Assembly (NCBI RefSeq): GCF_963853765.1
Contig: NC_088860.1
Location: 17,298,001 to 17,362,000 of the forward strand
Reading direction: 5' to 3'
Source of the DNA: Magallana gigas
Lineage: Eukaryota
Length of the DNA stretch: 64,000 nt
How positions within the stretch are numbered: the first letter of the stretch is position 1; each line of letters begins with the position of its first letter. Below the pieces are notes generated by a model that ran no database searches, was not told the origin of the DNA, and saw nothing but the letters and a program-made list of their open reading frames with translations. Of this stretch, positions 39,410 through 50,682 are shown piece after piece. The translations under genes were made by a program, and so were the position numbers.

Positions 39410-39775
39410 TGAACCCCGCCTGGGGCCCAAGTTTTGGTCAGGGGGTCACAATTTTTACAATATAGAATGTTCACTATATATACAAGCTTTTTTGTAAATA
39501 TTAGTATTTCTGGTGCAGTGGTTCTTGAGAAGACGATTTTTAAAGACACACACCCGATACTAACTGTTTCGCAAATTATCTACCGTTTAAAAAGGGTTTG
39601 GCTCTTTATTTTAGCAATTTACAATCCCCTTTCCATAAGGATGCTTTGTACCAAGTTTAATTAAATTTGGCCCTGTTTTATAGAGAAGAAGTCAAAAATG
39701 TGAAAAGTTTACAGACGGACGACGGACAACAGGCGATTAGAAAAGCTCACTAGAACCTTTGGTTCAGGTGAGTTA
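39410..39775. mobile_element. Terminal fragment of a Cg170-like HINE element
   Basis: ACAGACGGACGACGGAC followed by AGAAAAGCTCAC..CAGGTGAG, the reverse-complement counterpart of the 49217 terminus. Confidence 0.6.
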
Positions 39776-41577
39776 ATAAATAGACACATATGCGGAAATA
39801 TATGATTTATTACAATAATAATATACATTAATACAATATACATTTTTTATTTATTTTGAATTATTCGCTGCGGAGAGTATTTACCAGTTACTGGAACATT
39901 TTGAGTTCGGTTAGGCCGGTATTCTAATTATGAATTAAATGCACGTATAACTTAGGTGTGTAGTTTATTGTGTATTTCAAAGTGTCTTATCCACACTTAT
40001 CCGGGTTCCATCACTAGCGCCGGCTATTATTTAATCTAAACAGCCTTTGTCTTTTAAATTTGGCTCCTTTTGATTCTGAACATTTTCCACAAGGCATTCA
40101 AAGGAGAGATAACTCAAGGACATGATGTGGATTGATATACAATTTACTTGACGTTATGTAGATACATTGTAAAAAATAAATAAACACATTGGGGAAATAT
40201 GTTATTTATGACAATAATAATATACATTAATACAATAGTTAAAGTCATGATGATTTATTTATTTTGAATTATTCGCTGCGGCGCGTATTTCCCAGTTACT
40301 GGGACATTTTGAGTTCGGATAAATCCCATTAACCGGGATGGTATATAGGCCTATACCTTAGAGTAATAGGGAAACAAATATTGATCTGACGCAACATAAT
40401 CAGACATCCAAAGAATACAAACTTAAGAGGAACCAAATCTCTTTCTTTTTGAACATGTTGAAAAATCCTTAAACATCTGAATGATTGAAATTTAATCTAA
40501 TGCAATATATTTACACTTGCAAATGTTTTCCCTTATATAACACTGTTTGAGCAATCCGGTGTTATTTCTGCATAACATCATTATGGGTCAAGAGGTCAAA
40601 GTAGCGCATGAATAATGTAGGTCACTACTTTTTCTATGTACACAAACTAATCGACTTGTACTTGTGCTGAAACACACCTATTAGATATCGTAATGAAAAC
40701 ATAATTTGGGCATAAAAAATAAACGTATTTGTATTTTGTTATACGAAGTTTTATTCATTCATTCTCATAAAAAATATAACATTAATTGTGGGGATAGGCC
40801 TAAATGATTCATGTTATAGATAACACGTTAGGCATGTAAACAGAATGTTTATGGTTCGACATCGTAACGAGGCGTTCTTGAAAATTACAATCGTAATTTG
40901 TCAAAGGAGTTAACTCAGTTAAAATTCATTTCTGATTTTATTACAAGCCTCGGTCAAAATTGCAAACGCAATATTACATACCTTTCGTGTGTAGTACATT
41001 CACGGATCACGGTCAAATTTAACTCCTTGTGTTTTTTGTCCGATTTGTTCCGTAAAAAGATCATCGAAGTTAAAATCCCTTTCCTCTATAATGTCGGAGG
41101 AAATCATTATGCTCTTGAATCTGATTCTGCGATAGATTTCCCCCTGAAAATGCCTAAGTATATATATACTGGTATACTCTAACTCAACTTTCAATCGCTT
41201 GTTTTTAAATTTCTAACCGCTCTGCGACTTCAACACAGGTGGTACTATTCCGCCAAGCTTCAATCAGTTTTTTCAATTGTACAAGTGAATTTTCTTTTCT
41301 GTTTCCCTTTTTAATGATAAAAAAGTGTTGTCTCATCAAAAGTAGTGTCATATTCATTTATCACAATAATCAAATGCTTTATGGGATTTGATCACGTGAC
41401 CAACCCGTGTCTATATCCCGATAGACATCCAAAAATGATACCTTATTTCTTAAATGAACAATTGCTCTGAACGACCTCTAAAATCGTTCTTCGTGCAATA
41501 TACGAACTTTCATGAATACTAAAACATAACCAACACAAAATCAAAACAAAACTTATTTAATTTGACGTCATCGATAC

Positions 41578-41761
41578 CAGCTGGAGTGGAGATCATATAC
41601 TTTCTTCCCTGGTATCTTTCGCGTTGACATTATCTGATTATACCAGTTTCTTTACTTTGTTAAGTCCTCCGTTTCTACAAGCTTCAAACAGATCCCTACC
41701 TGGCATGAGAAGGAGACGATGATTTGTTTTGAAGCAACGATCGTCAAGTCGACATTTTCAT
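41578..41761 (-). pseudogene. TNKS: Orphan duplicate of tankyrase exon 1 (unit 3), more decayed
   Basis: ATG AAA ATG TCG ACT TGA (early stop) plus small indels. Clear homology to 6236-6431. The GTATCG donor is retained. Confidence 0.88.
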
Positions 41762-42235
41762 TCATCTTCTCACGCGAAATATCGGCCATAAACGTTGTCT
41801 GGTTTGGACGCTCCCGCCACTATGTTTCACTTCGACAAGCGTCGTAATGATCCAGACTCGCAAACTCGGGGGTTCTTATCAAAAGTCGATACCTACAAAC
41901 TTTACCCAGTGACTGAGGTGCGTGGCAGGTTACATTCTATAGCAGTTAAAGCTTTTTCGTAAGTGTCACACTTTTTTAACATGTTAAAGATCGGTAAAAT
42001 TGATTATGTTTCAAAAGGACAAACGCATATATGGAGGGCAATCATTTAATATATTGTCGAATTTATAAAACTAAAGAACGTTCTTATTTCAATATTTGCA
42101 CAAAACGCATTGTAAACAACGTGTTATCAAAGTGCAAAAAAAACTTTCGTTATGGTTATGTCGCCTATGCATCACAAGATAAAATACTGATGCAGCATTA
42201 ATTGTTTCTGAGTTTGATACTAAAATTGGCTGCTC

Positions 42236-43378
42236 TATGGAACGCCAAATTAACATATGTTCAAATATTTGTACCTATCTTCAAATAATTGTAATTGTAA
42301 ATCATTTGAAGATAGGTACAATTGAATTGAAGATAGGTGTAAATAATTATACCTATCTCTAAATAATTATACCTAGGTACAAATGAATTATACCTAGGTA
42401 CAAATGAATTATACCTAGGTACAAATGAATTATACCTAGGTACAAATGAATTATACCTATCTTAAATTCAATTAAAGATAGGTTCAATTGAATTATACCT
42501 ATCTCTAATTCATTTGAAGATAGGTAAAATTCATTTAAAGATAGGTACAATTGATTTGAAGATAGGTTCAATTCAGACATATCTACAAAGGATTTGAAGA
42601 TAGGTACAATTCAATTATACCTAGGTTCAATTCGTTTTGTGTATTGTTGAAAATAATGAACGCTCCATTGAAGACATTTCAACATGGAGGAAACGAGTGT
42701 GTGTCTGTGTGTGTGTGTGTGTGTGCAATATATTTGCAAAAGGCATCATTTACTTATTAGAATATACATGTATATCAATAAGTAAGCCATAAACATGTAT
42801 ACCCGAATACCCCAAAAGTGACGGAGTTAGGGTAGTGACGTAGTTAGGGTCACTAACGTGATATACTTAAATAAAAAAACTGGCTTTATTTTTTTCCATA
42901 ATTTTATCAAAGAATGTATAATTCAGTTGATAATCACTCTATTTATTAAAGCGGTAACAATTATTATGAGTTTTTGTTTGTTTTAAGGCTCAATCTTTCG
43001 AAAAGTTGACAAAATCATATTGCCTATTTTATCATCCCGATCCCGATTTTATTGTGACGTAACGGAAATGATGTACTATACAGGGAGTATTCATTATTGC
43101 CAATATTTTAGTAATTGAAGATAGGTTCAATTCAATTGTACCTATCTTTAATTCAATTGTACCTATCTTCAATTTATTGCATTTGTACCTATCTTCAAAT
43201 CAATTGTACCTATCTTCAAATGAATTAAAGATAGGTATAACTGAATTGTACCTATCTCTAATTCAATTTGAAGATAGGTACAATTGAATTGAAGATAGGT
43301 ACAATTGAATTGAAGATAGGTACAATTATTTGAAGATAGGTACAAATATTTGAATATATGTTAATTTGGCGTTCCATA
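42236..43378. mobile_element. Non-autonomous TIR element with TAT..ATA ends and a 6-bp target duplication (IS3EU-like)
   Basis: About 58-bp TIR TATGGAACGCCAAATTAACATAT.. with one mismatch. CTGCTC at 42230-42235 and 43379-43384, with a single CTGCTC at the paralogous site near 7794. Subterminal about 21-bp repeats (GAAGATAGGTACAATTGAATT). Confidence 0.8.
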
Positions 43379-43439
43379 CTGCTCTACCTATTTTCCACTT
43401 TATAATATAAAAAAGAAACAGATATGTTCAAAATCACAG

Positions 43440-44310
43440 ATGCCCTGCAACCAATTTGAAAACAACGATGGACATCAATTTTAAACAATTGTTGATGGAG
43501 ACAGAAAGTTCCACAGTAGCTTGATATTCAAAAGTCATCTTAGAACCAATATTCATTTTAATGGATTTCTATCACAGATTCCCCACCAACTTGATATGCT
43601 CTCTAAACTAAATGTAAGGGCTACTTCTTGGTACCTTCAGTCAATGTGAAAACATCTACTCCAGTTGAAGTCAAGGTTTGGGTGGATGCGTCCATAGTAT
43701 TTAGATCAGCTTCAAGTCAGCAAAGTCCCTTAAGGTGCTGGATTTGAGTAATGGTAAGGTATTTATAGCTCTTGCCCATGTGGAGTTTATATTATTGGAG
43801 TAATGAAAGGACTTGGGGCAGTTGGAAAAATGGCATCAAGACTCATGATGGTCTTAATTTGCACTTGGAACATTAACAAGAACTGGTTCAGTGGGATACC
43901 TCCTCGTCTCTTCTGGAGTAACAGCTATATAGGGATCATACGCAGGATGGTAGAGTCGCCTACAATGTCAGAAAGACTCCCAGAATCCAACGTTCCTACT
44001 CATGATCAGACTTGCTTACCGCTAGCTCATGGTACAGTTCCAGAATTTCCACCTTGTTTTATTCTTTAGTGTCTCTGCATAATCTCTGTTATTGTTGGTG
44101 GCGTAATCTTTCTGATTAGACTCAAGCATTCTCTGGCGAGGATTGTGTCCGTCCACACTTTATCACATGTTTCTCCCTGGAATTCTCTTCCATAATGCGT
44201 TCATTGCATACGAGAAAACATTGGTCCCCCTTCTAGCAATGGTCTATGTATCTACCATTTCCACAAAATTGCCATGCCAAGCAGATGAGCGTTTCTGGTG
44301 CAGGGGTCTA
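43440..44310 (-). pseudogene. Unit 3 copy of the decayed zinc-finger ORF
   Basis: Colinear homology with 8000-8830. The best-preserved C2HC finger is at about 44150-44220. Confidence 0.5.
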
Positions 44311-44339
44311 CTTAAATTAAGGTCTAGGCTCATGCTTGC

Positions 44340-44500
44340 CAAGATATCCATGCAGATTGAAAAAAGGAAATGAGCACACTCTTCATAAAAGTAACCACAT
44401 TTACAACATTTACCTGAATCAGTTAAATTATTCTTAAACAAATCTGCATTAAGATTACTTGAAAAGTTTCTATGATGATAATGAAATATATTTCGCCGTC
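44340..44500 (-). mobile_element. C-terminal fragment of a CR1/L2-like LINE ORF2
   Basis: NLNADLFKNNLTDSGKCCKCGYFYEECAHFLF resembles LINE C-terminal Cys/His regions. A paralogous relic lies at about 31240-31330. Confidence 0.5.
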
Positions 44501-45422
44501 TTTGACCATGCATAGCTGTATGATTTGGATTTTATTTTATTTTCAGGACCTCTATTTTTCATTTTGCATAAAATTTGCTTCACTTGTAACAGATTTTATC
44601 TTATCTGGCAAGTTGTTCTACGACTTATTTGTTGATGGTAAAAGCAATAATAGTGTGCAACTGTTCTAATAATTAGTATAATGATACTAATTATTATCGC
44701 GTACGGCATAATTATGCGTAACTAGTAAACGCTGCCTAACCATATCTTATATGGTAAATAATCAGCCAGGAGTATTACATATTAAAAAGGTAATTTGTAC
44801 AAGAGTGTAAGTTTGTGTTTTTGTCTGATAAGTCTTAATCTTGTAATAATACGTCCAACTCGTATTTGTACACTCTCTAATAGATTATTTTGCTCCTGTG
44901 TGCAATTATCCCACACTACATATACCATATTCTAAAATAGTTTTAATCATTTTCAACCAGCTTTTTTAAAGGAAAAATCTAATTAATGAAAAGGTGAAAA
45001 TGGCGGATCGGTCAGGGCAGGCAGCTTGCCAAAGGGTACCCCTATTGTACATTAACTCCTCCTTCAGTTTTCAAGATTGGAAATTGTTGATTTGCAGATC
45101 AATTGTACATATATCAGAGACATGCATGTTACTTGGATTTTGGATAATTTATCAAAAAATTCCACCAGTTGAACTTAAGTATATTTGGCAGAATAGCTAG
45201 TGCATGTAGAGTACCCCCATTTTCCTGGATAGGTAGTGTTTATCAATGCAGGGTTGACAAATGGATTATTGATTCTGTTTACACACAAAAAACCCGGTTT
45301 GCTGTCACGTTGACTGCTTATCTCTTCTTACCTTTTATTTCCTTCAACTTTGAATTTGTCATCGTTTGTAATACAAGTGAAGAGCTATAAATAATTTTTT
45401 TCTTGATTTGGATAGGAACAAA

Positions 45423-48291
45423 ATGGTCCTTCGCTGGGGAATCTGTGGAGCAGGGTTCATTTGTAGTGATTTTGTGTCAGCATTGTTAGCTCCTCCCAAT
45501 AATGTTCATGAGGTAAATAAATTTCAGAGGCCTGGTTTGTTTATATTTATTATCGGTAATATTCATGAGACGAGGTAAATTTTTGCATACTGTATTATCA
45601 AGACTATAATGACATTTTGTTCAGCCTTATACCTAATTTTCACATTCTTGATGAAATTTTAAGGTAGTTTGTGTTGGAGCAAGAGCATTAGATAGAGCCC
45701 AGGAATTTGCTGACAGGTTTGGTATCAAGAAAGCCTATGGCTCATATGAAGAGGTTGCCAGTGATGCAGATGTTGGTAAGATGTACTGGTATGATATTCT
45801 TACAAAGTTTATAACTTTGTTTTTGATACACCAAACCTTTTATTTTGAGTAAACATACTGGTAGTTCAAGGTGAAGGTTAAAGTTTTGCCTACACAATTA
45901 GTAACGGATTACAAAGTATTTCTGCTATAAACATCATTGAATTTATTTGGCAATTTTTTCTTTATTATTTATTTATATTTATTCTTTATTATTTATTTAT
46001 ATTTATTATTTATCATGTTGTACAATATTCTTTTTCCTGATATTCCAAAATCATGCTTTATAATTATAGATGTTGTGTACATTGGGGTGATACACATTCA
46101 CCATGTGAAGCTGTCCAAACAGATCCTAAAAGCAGGGAAAAATGTTCTGTGTGAGAAACCAGTAGCAGCTTGTCTGTCACAGTTTCTGGAGGTCCAGCAA
46201 GTGGCCAAAGACTGCAAACGCTTCTTCATGGAGGTAAGGGGGAATTTTCTCTCAGTAGTTAAATTAACTGTAAAAGCAGAAACTTGGGGAATACATTTTG
46301 TTAACCTTGTTGATACTATTTAGGAACAACAATTTCAAAATAGTTATTTTTGAAACAACATAAATACATCCCTACAAAACATTATGTAGTGTAATCACAT
46401 AATCAACCAAATTTGATCCTGCTTAAATTTCTGTTTCTACGGCATATACCGTAGTTACCAAGAAGAAGGGGGGAGAGAGAGAGAGAGAGAGAGAGAGAGT
46501 TTATGAATATTTTGATAATTTTAATTGAACAATTTAATGGCTATCATGTTTGCATTTTCTGCAGGCAATTTGGAGCAGGTGCAATCCAATTTATCGTAAA
46601 ATCAAGGAGGAGATTCGTTCTGGAAACCTTGGGGAAATCCTGCATGTACAATGCCAGTTTTTAGTTCCTATCTGTAATGTGGATCGCATTAATAAGCCCG
46701 AGTTAGGGGGAGGAGGTTTGCATGACGTAGCAATTTACACAATCCAGCTAGCTACAATGGTATTTAACAACGAAAAACCTGTGAAAATCACAGCTGATGC
46801 TTCATTGTCTGATCAAGGTTGGCCATTACATGTATTATTAATTCTTTGCACAGACAGAATTTGAAATTTTGAAATATCGGAAATGGATTGCAGTAGCAAT
46901 GATGAATGTTTGTTATTCAGCCATCACTTTGATGAAGAAAAAATACCTTAATTCAATGGATTTGATAAAGGTGAAAGTTTAATTTGTAGGAGTTGATCTA
47001 AATGGCTGTATCACCTTAACCTACAAGAATGGCGGTAAAGCAGTGCTCGTCTACAGTACACTGTTTCAAGGAAAGAATTCAGCAATAATATATGGTTCAA
47101 AGGGAAAAATAGAGGTGAGACATCTGATTTTTTGCTAGAACTTACAAAGAAAGCAAAGGGCACCGAAACTTTCTGTGCTATTGTTACAATTTTAGGTTGA
47201 ACTGTAATTGGTTTTATACTTGTAATTTTCTGTGCTATTGTTACAATTTTTGGTTGAACTGTAGTTTGTATTGTAAATGCACATGTATCTATCATTCAGA
47301 TAAACTTCTATTGTCTCAAATATTAATACATTTGCATGTACTATATGGATTGGTTGAAATGAGTTTGAATTCCCAAAACCTATTTAGAGCAATTTTAACT
47401 AAGAGCTTGGACTTGGGATAGTTGTGTCAAACAGCAATATGATTTTAATTTGTCGTTTTTGCTAGAAAGCAAATGAATATGAACATGTACATGTTCATGA
47501 CTTGCATTTAAATCTTTTAGATTGATGAACCTTTCTGGGCCCCAGACTCAGCAAATCTGCCGTCAGGTAAAATAACCAATGAAATACCCTGTGGTCCAGT
47601 GCCATACAACTTTACCAACAGTGGGGGTCTGCGGTATGAGGCAGACTGTGTCAAGACATGTCTTGAAGCAGGTAAAGTATTCAATGACTGCCTGATCAAC
47701 CATAACAACCAAGCTTGCTCTGTTTCATTATTGCTTGAACTCTTAATATTATGTACTGAGTACTGTGCCGAGAGGGAGAGAGTGAAAAATGATGATACTG
47801 GTAACTTAAAAAAAATAAATCATATATCTTTTGGAAACACCTTTTATTAAGCTGTCAGTAGGAAATATTTGTAAAAATGTCTCTTAACTTTGAAAAAGAG
47901 TAATCTCTATAAGTAAAAGAGAAATATAATATCATGAAAAGAAATATATTATACAAGTATAAAAATGATCTCACATACATGTACAATTATAGTTTTTTGT
48001 CATTGCATGCAAAGGGTTTACAGTGCACTCCTCTCCAGTAAAATAAGGGGAATATTAGTAGATCTAGCACTCTAACTTTTATTTTGTAAAAGACACCCAC
48101 TTTATTTTTATTTACCTGGAAGTTCTGCATGGCATGGGAGTTGGAGTTGTTGGATGAAATCAAACTTTTAAATATAATCTATCTTGGTAGGAAATTTGGA
48201 GTGCAGTGAAGTGACCTTCGCTGACAGTCAGGCTGTTTACCACATCATTGATGAAGTGGTGAGACTAACAGGAATTAATGTTCAGTGGTGA
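45423..48291 (+). CDS. DHDH: DHDH-like dehydrogenase copy 3, open reading frame of 331 aa
   Basis: Exons 45423-45512, 45664-45775, 46070-46233, 46565-46817, 46990-47114, 47521-47671 and 48191-48291. Retains R37, R41, H79, K97, D176 and Y180 equivalents of mammalian DHDH (numbering from recalled sequence). Confidence 0.94.
46473..46499. repeat. (GA)n microsatellite in DHDH3 intron 3
   Basis: Read directly from the sequence. Confidence 0.95.
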
Positions 48292-48839
48292 ATAGAAGCT
48301 TCTTGATTGGGAATGGTAAGGATATATCAATGAGAGGCTCAAACCATCTCATGTTTTTTTTAAATATATCTGTTGTTCAAAATGTCATTTTGAGGTTAAT
48401 TTCTGTTGATGAATGTCAAAAGCTGATGCCCTAAAGTAATTATAAAAACTTAATTAGTAAACATTTGATATGCTGAAAATCTTGGTGAGATATTAATTAT
48501 GTCAATCTTTTCTCTTTTACAGATTTCTCCATCTGTCTTTGTGGAGTTTTCCCAATGAAGAGTGCATCAGTATGAACTGTATGGCTGTAGTGCTAGATAT
48601 ATAAACACCTGCAAATGACACACACATGTAATTTATTGATTATTGATTATTATTGATGAATATTTGTGCTTGTATAGTATGCGTATTATTTGTGGCTCTA
48701 AACAATTTGGTTTATGATTAAGGTGCTAATATTTTTCAGTATTACAAACATGTATTTTCGTGTGATTTGTTAATTGCTTGATAGCCACTTTAAACTGTGT
48801 GGTTTTTTTAAAAATATTTAATCTAGATGTACATGATAA

Positions 48840-48969
48840 NNNNNNNNNNNNNNNNNNNNNNNNNNNNNNNNNNNNNNNNNNNNNNNNNNNNNNNNNNNNN
48901 NNNNNNNNNNNNNNNNNNNNNNNNNNNNNNNNNNNNNNNNNNNNNNNNNNNNNNNNNNNNNNNNNNNNN
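48840..48969. other. Assembly gap (130 N)
   Basis: Run of N. Confidence 1.
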
Positions 48970-49150
48970 TAAAATTATTTTATTAATATGTTGATACAAT
49001 TGTCTGTCATTTTTGTAATATTTGGTATTGACAATATCACAATAGTCTTCTTGCGAATATGTTTGTTTTTATTAATTTAGGCAATATAGATGTAGTTTCA
49101 GCCAGTGCACTTTGTCAGATTTGTAAGACAATGTACAATTTGTCGCTCAT

Positions 49151-49151
<1 letters not shown>

Positions 49152-49194
<43 letters not shown>
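49152..49194. repeat. (CT)n microsatellite
   Basis: Read directly from the sequence. Confidence 0.98.
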
Positions 49195-49197
<3 letters not shown>

Positions 49198-49215
49198 GAA
49201 TGTTAGATTTTTAAC

Positions 49216-49216
<1 letters not shown>

Positions 49217-49252
<36 letters not shown>

Positions 49253-49327
49253 ATTCTGATCACATTTTGTCTGTCGTCCGTCTGTCTGTCCGTCTGTCTG
49301 TAAACTTTTCACATTTTCAACATCTTC

Positions 49328-49376
<49 letters not shown>

Positions 49377-50363
49377 AGCCTAAGGGGATTCAAAGTTGTG
49401 AAAATTAAGGACCAGACCCTTTTGCAAAGGGAGATAATTAGGAATTTATGAAAATTTTCAAGAAATTTTCAAAAATCTTCTCACGAACCATAAGACCTAG
49501 TAAGCTGTAACTTGTGTGAAAGCATTCTCAGGTAGTGTAGATGCAAAGTTGTGAAAATCATGACCCCTGAGGGTAGGGTGGGGCCACAATGGGGTGTCGA
49601 AGTTTAACATAGGAATATATAGAGTAAATCTTTAAAAATCTTCTTCTCAGAAATTAAACAACCAGAAAAGCTGAAACTTGTGTGAAAGCATCCTCAGGTA
49701 GTATTAATTCAAAATTGTGAAAATCATGACCCCCGGGGGTAGGGTGGGGCCGCAATGGCGGGGGGGGGGGGTCAAATTTTAACAAAGGAATATATAGAGT
49801 AAATCTTTGAAAATATTCTTCTCAGAAACTAATCAGCCAGCAAAGCTGAAACTTGTAATTTGAAGCATCCTCAGGTAGTGTTAATTCAAAGTTGTGAAAA
49901 TCATAACCCCCAGGGGTAGGGTGGGGCCACAATGGGGGGGGGGGGGTCAAAGTTTAACAAAGGCATATATAGAGTAAATCTTTAAAAATCTTCTTCTCAG
50001 AAACTAATCAGCCAGATGATTCTTTATAATTGTTAAGACTTTGGCCCCAGAACAATTCTTTGGCCTCACAAGAAGGTTCAGAGTTTGATGTAGGATTATA
50101 TCCCATATATAAACTATTGTTAAGGATCTTTTGGAGAACTGCAATACTCAACATGTGATATGACTATAAAATCATCCTGTTAGAAAAGGGACTAATGATT
50201 ATAAACATAAGGATATCCAGGGGGGAAAATGGACTTTATTTATACAGAATCTACATGTATTATTGTACATTGTCCAGATAGTTTGTATTGTGACTCCATT
50301 AAGCTGATTTTATCATACCTATTGTTCCTCAGGTGAGCAATGTGGCCCATGTGCCTCTTGTTT
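49217..50363. mobile_element. Helentron-associated non-autonomous element (HINE) with Cg170-like 166-177-bp repeats
   Basis: TTTTTAGCTCACCTGAGCTGAAAGCTCAAGTGAGCT start, (GTCT/GTCC) microsatellite, unit marker GTGAAAATCA at 49551, 49717 and 49894, and end CTCAGGTGAGCAATGTGGCCCATGTGCCTCTTGTTT. Confidence 0.85.
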
Positions 50364-50577
50364 CATATTGATTTGATTTTTTCACAACCGAAACATTCAA
50401 AGTACGCTTTACTAAAACACCTGCCGCTGTTTCGTATAAAACTATTTATTTTTTTAATAAGGCTTTTACGTGACTGTTTATGCATATTTGTATCGATTTA
50501 ATTTTGTTTTAAATAAAAAATATTCCCAAACTTCTTTAATCGTAACAATATGGCGATAAACCCGCAACTGTTGACTT

Positions 50578-50592
50578 GTCCCACATAGCAAC
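50578..50592. promoter_or_regulatory. Candidate RFX X-box upstream of ENO4
   Basis: GTCCCACATAGCAAC about 90 bp before the ATG, with a good TAGCAAC half-site, next to a YY1-like AATATGGCGG. Motif match only. Confidence 0.4.
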
Positions 50593-50682
50593 GTTGAATA
50601 TGGCGGACATGTAAAGACGCTGTTAGAAAGAAAATATACTTTTTCATTGGGTATACATTTGTAAAACCTTAAATATAGCAAA

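Noticed and set aside
42359-42580. ORF MSELNLSS..GIIHLYL repeats
   Set aside because: It is a translation of the 21-bp subterminal minisatellite.
44994-45200. ORF MKMADRSGQAACQR as an N-terminal coding exon of DHDH3
   Set aside because: Splicing at 45035 to the 45416 acceptor is out of frame with the DHDH ATG, and there is no homologue in units 1 or 2.
13194-47708. Recurrent minus-strand ORFs (MELDHKVF.., MIRLSLY..) as a conserved antisense gene family
   Set aside because: They are shadows of DHDH exon 6 and recur only because the gene is triplicated. The copy 3 equivalent differs in extent.
9571-48291. DHDH (Gfo/Idh/MocA) as a bacterial horizontal transfer
   Set aside because: The genes have six spliceosomal introns and are colinear with animal DHDH, including residue numbering.
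5940-50435. Triplication as a pure haplotig assembly artefact
   Set aside because: There are three copies rather than two, with unit-specific transposons, many indels and a shared novel junction. It is not fully excluded without reads, and a gap lies at 48840-48969.
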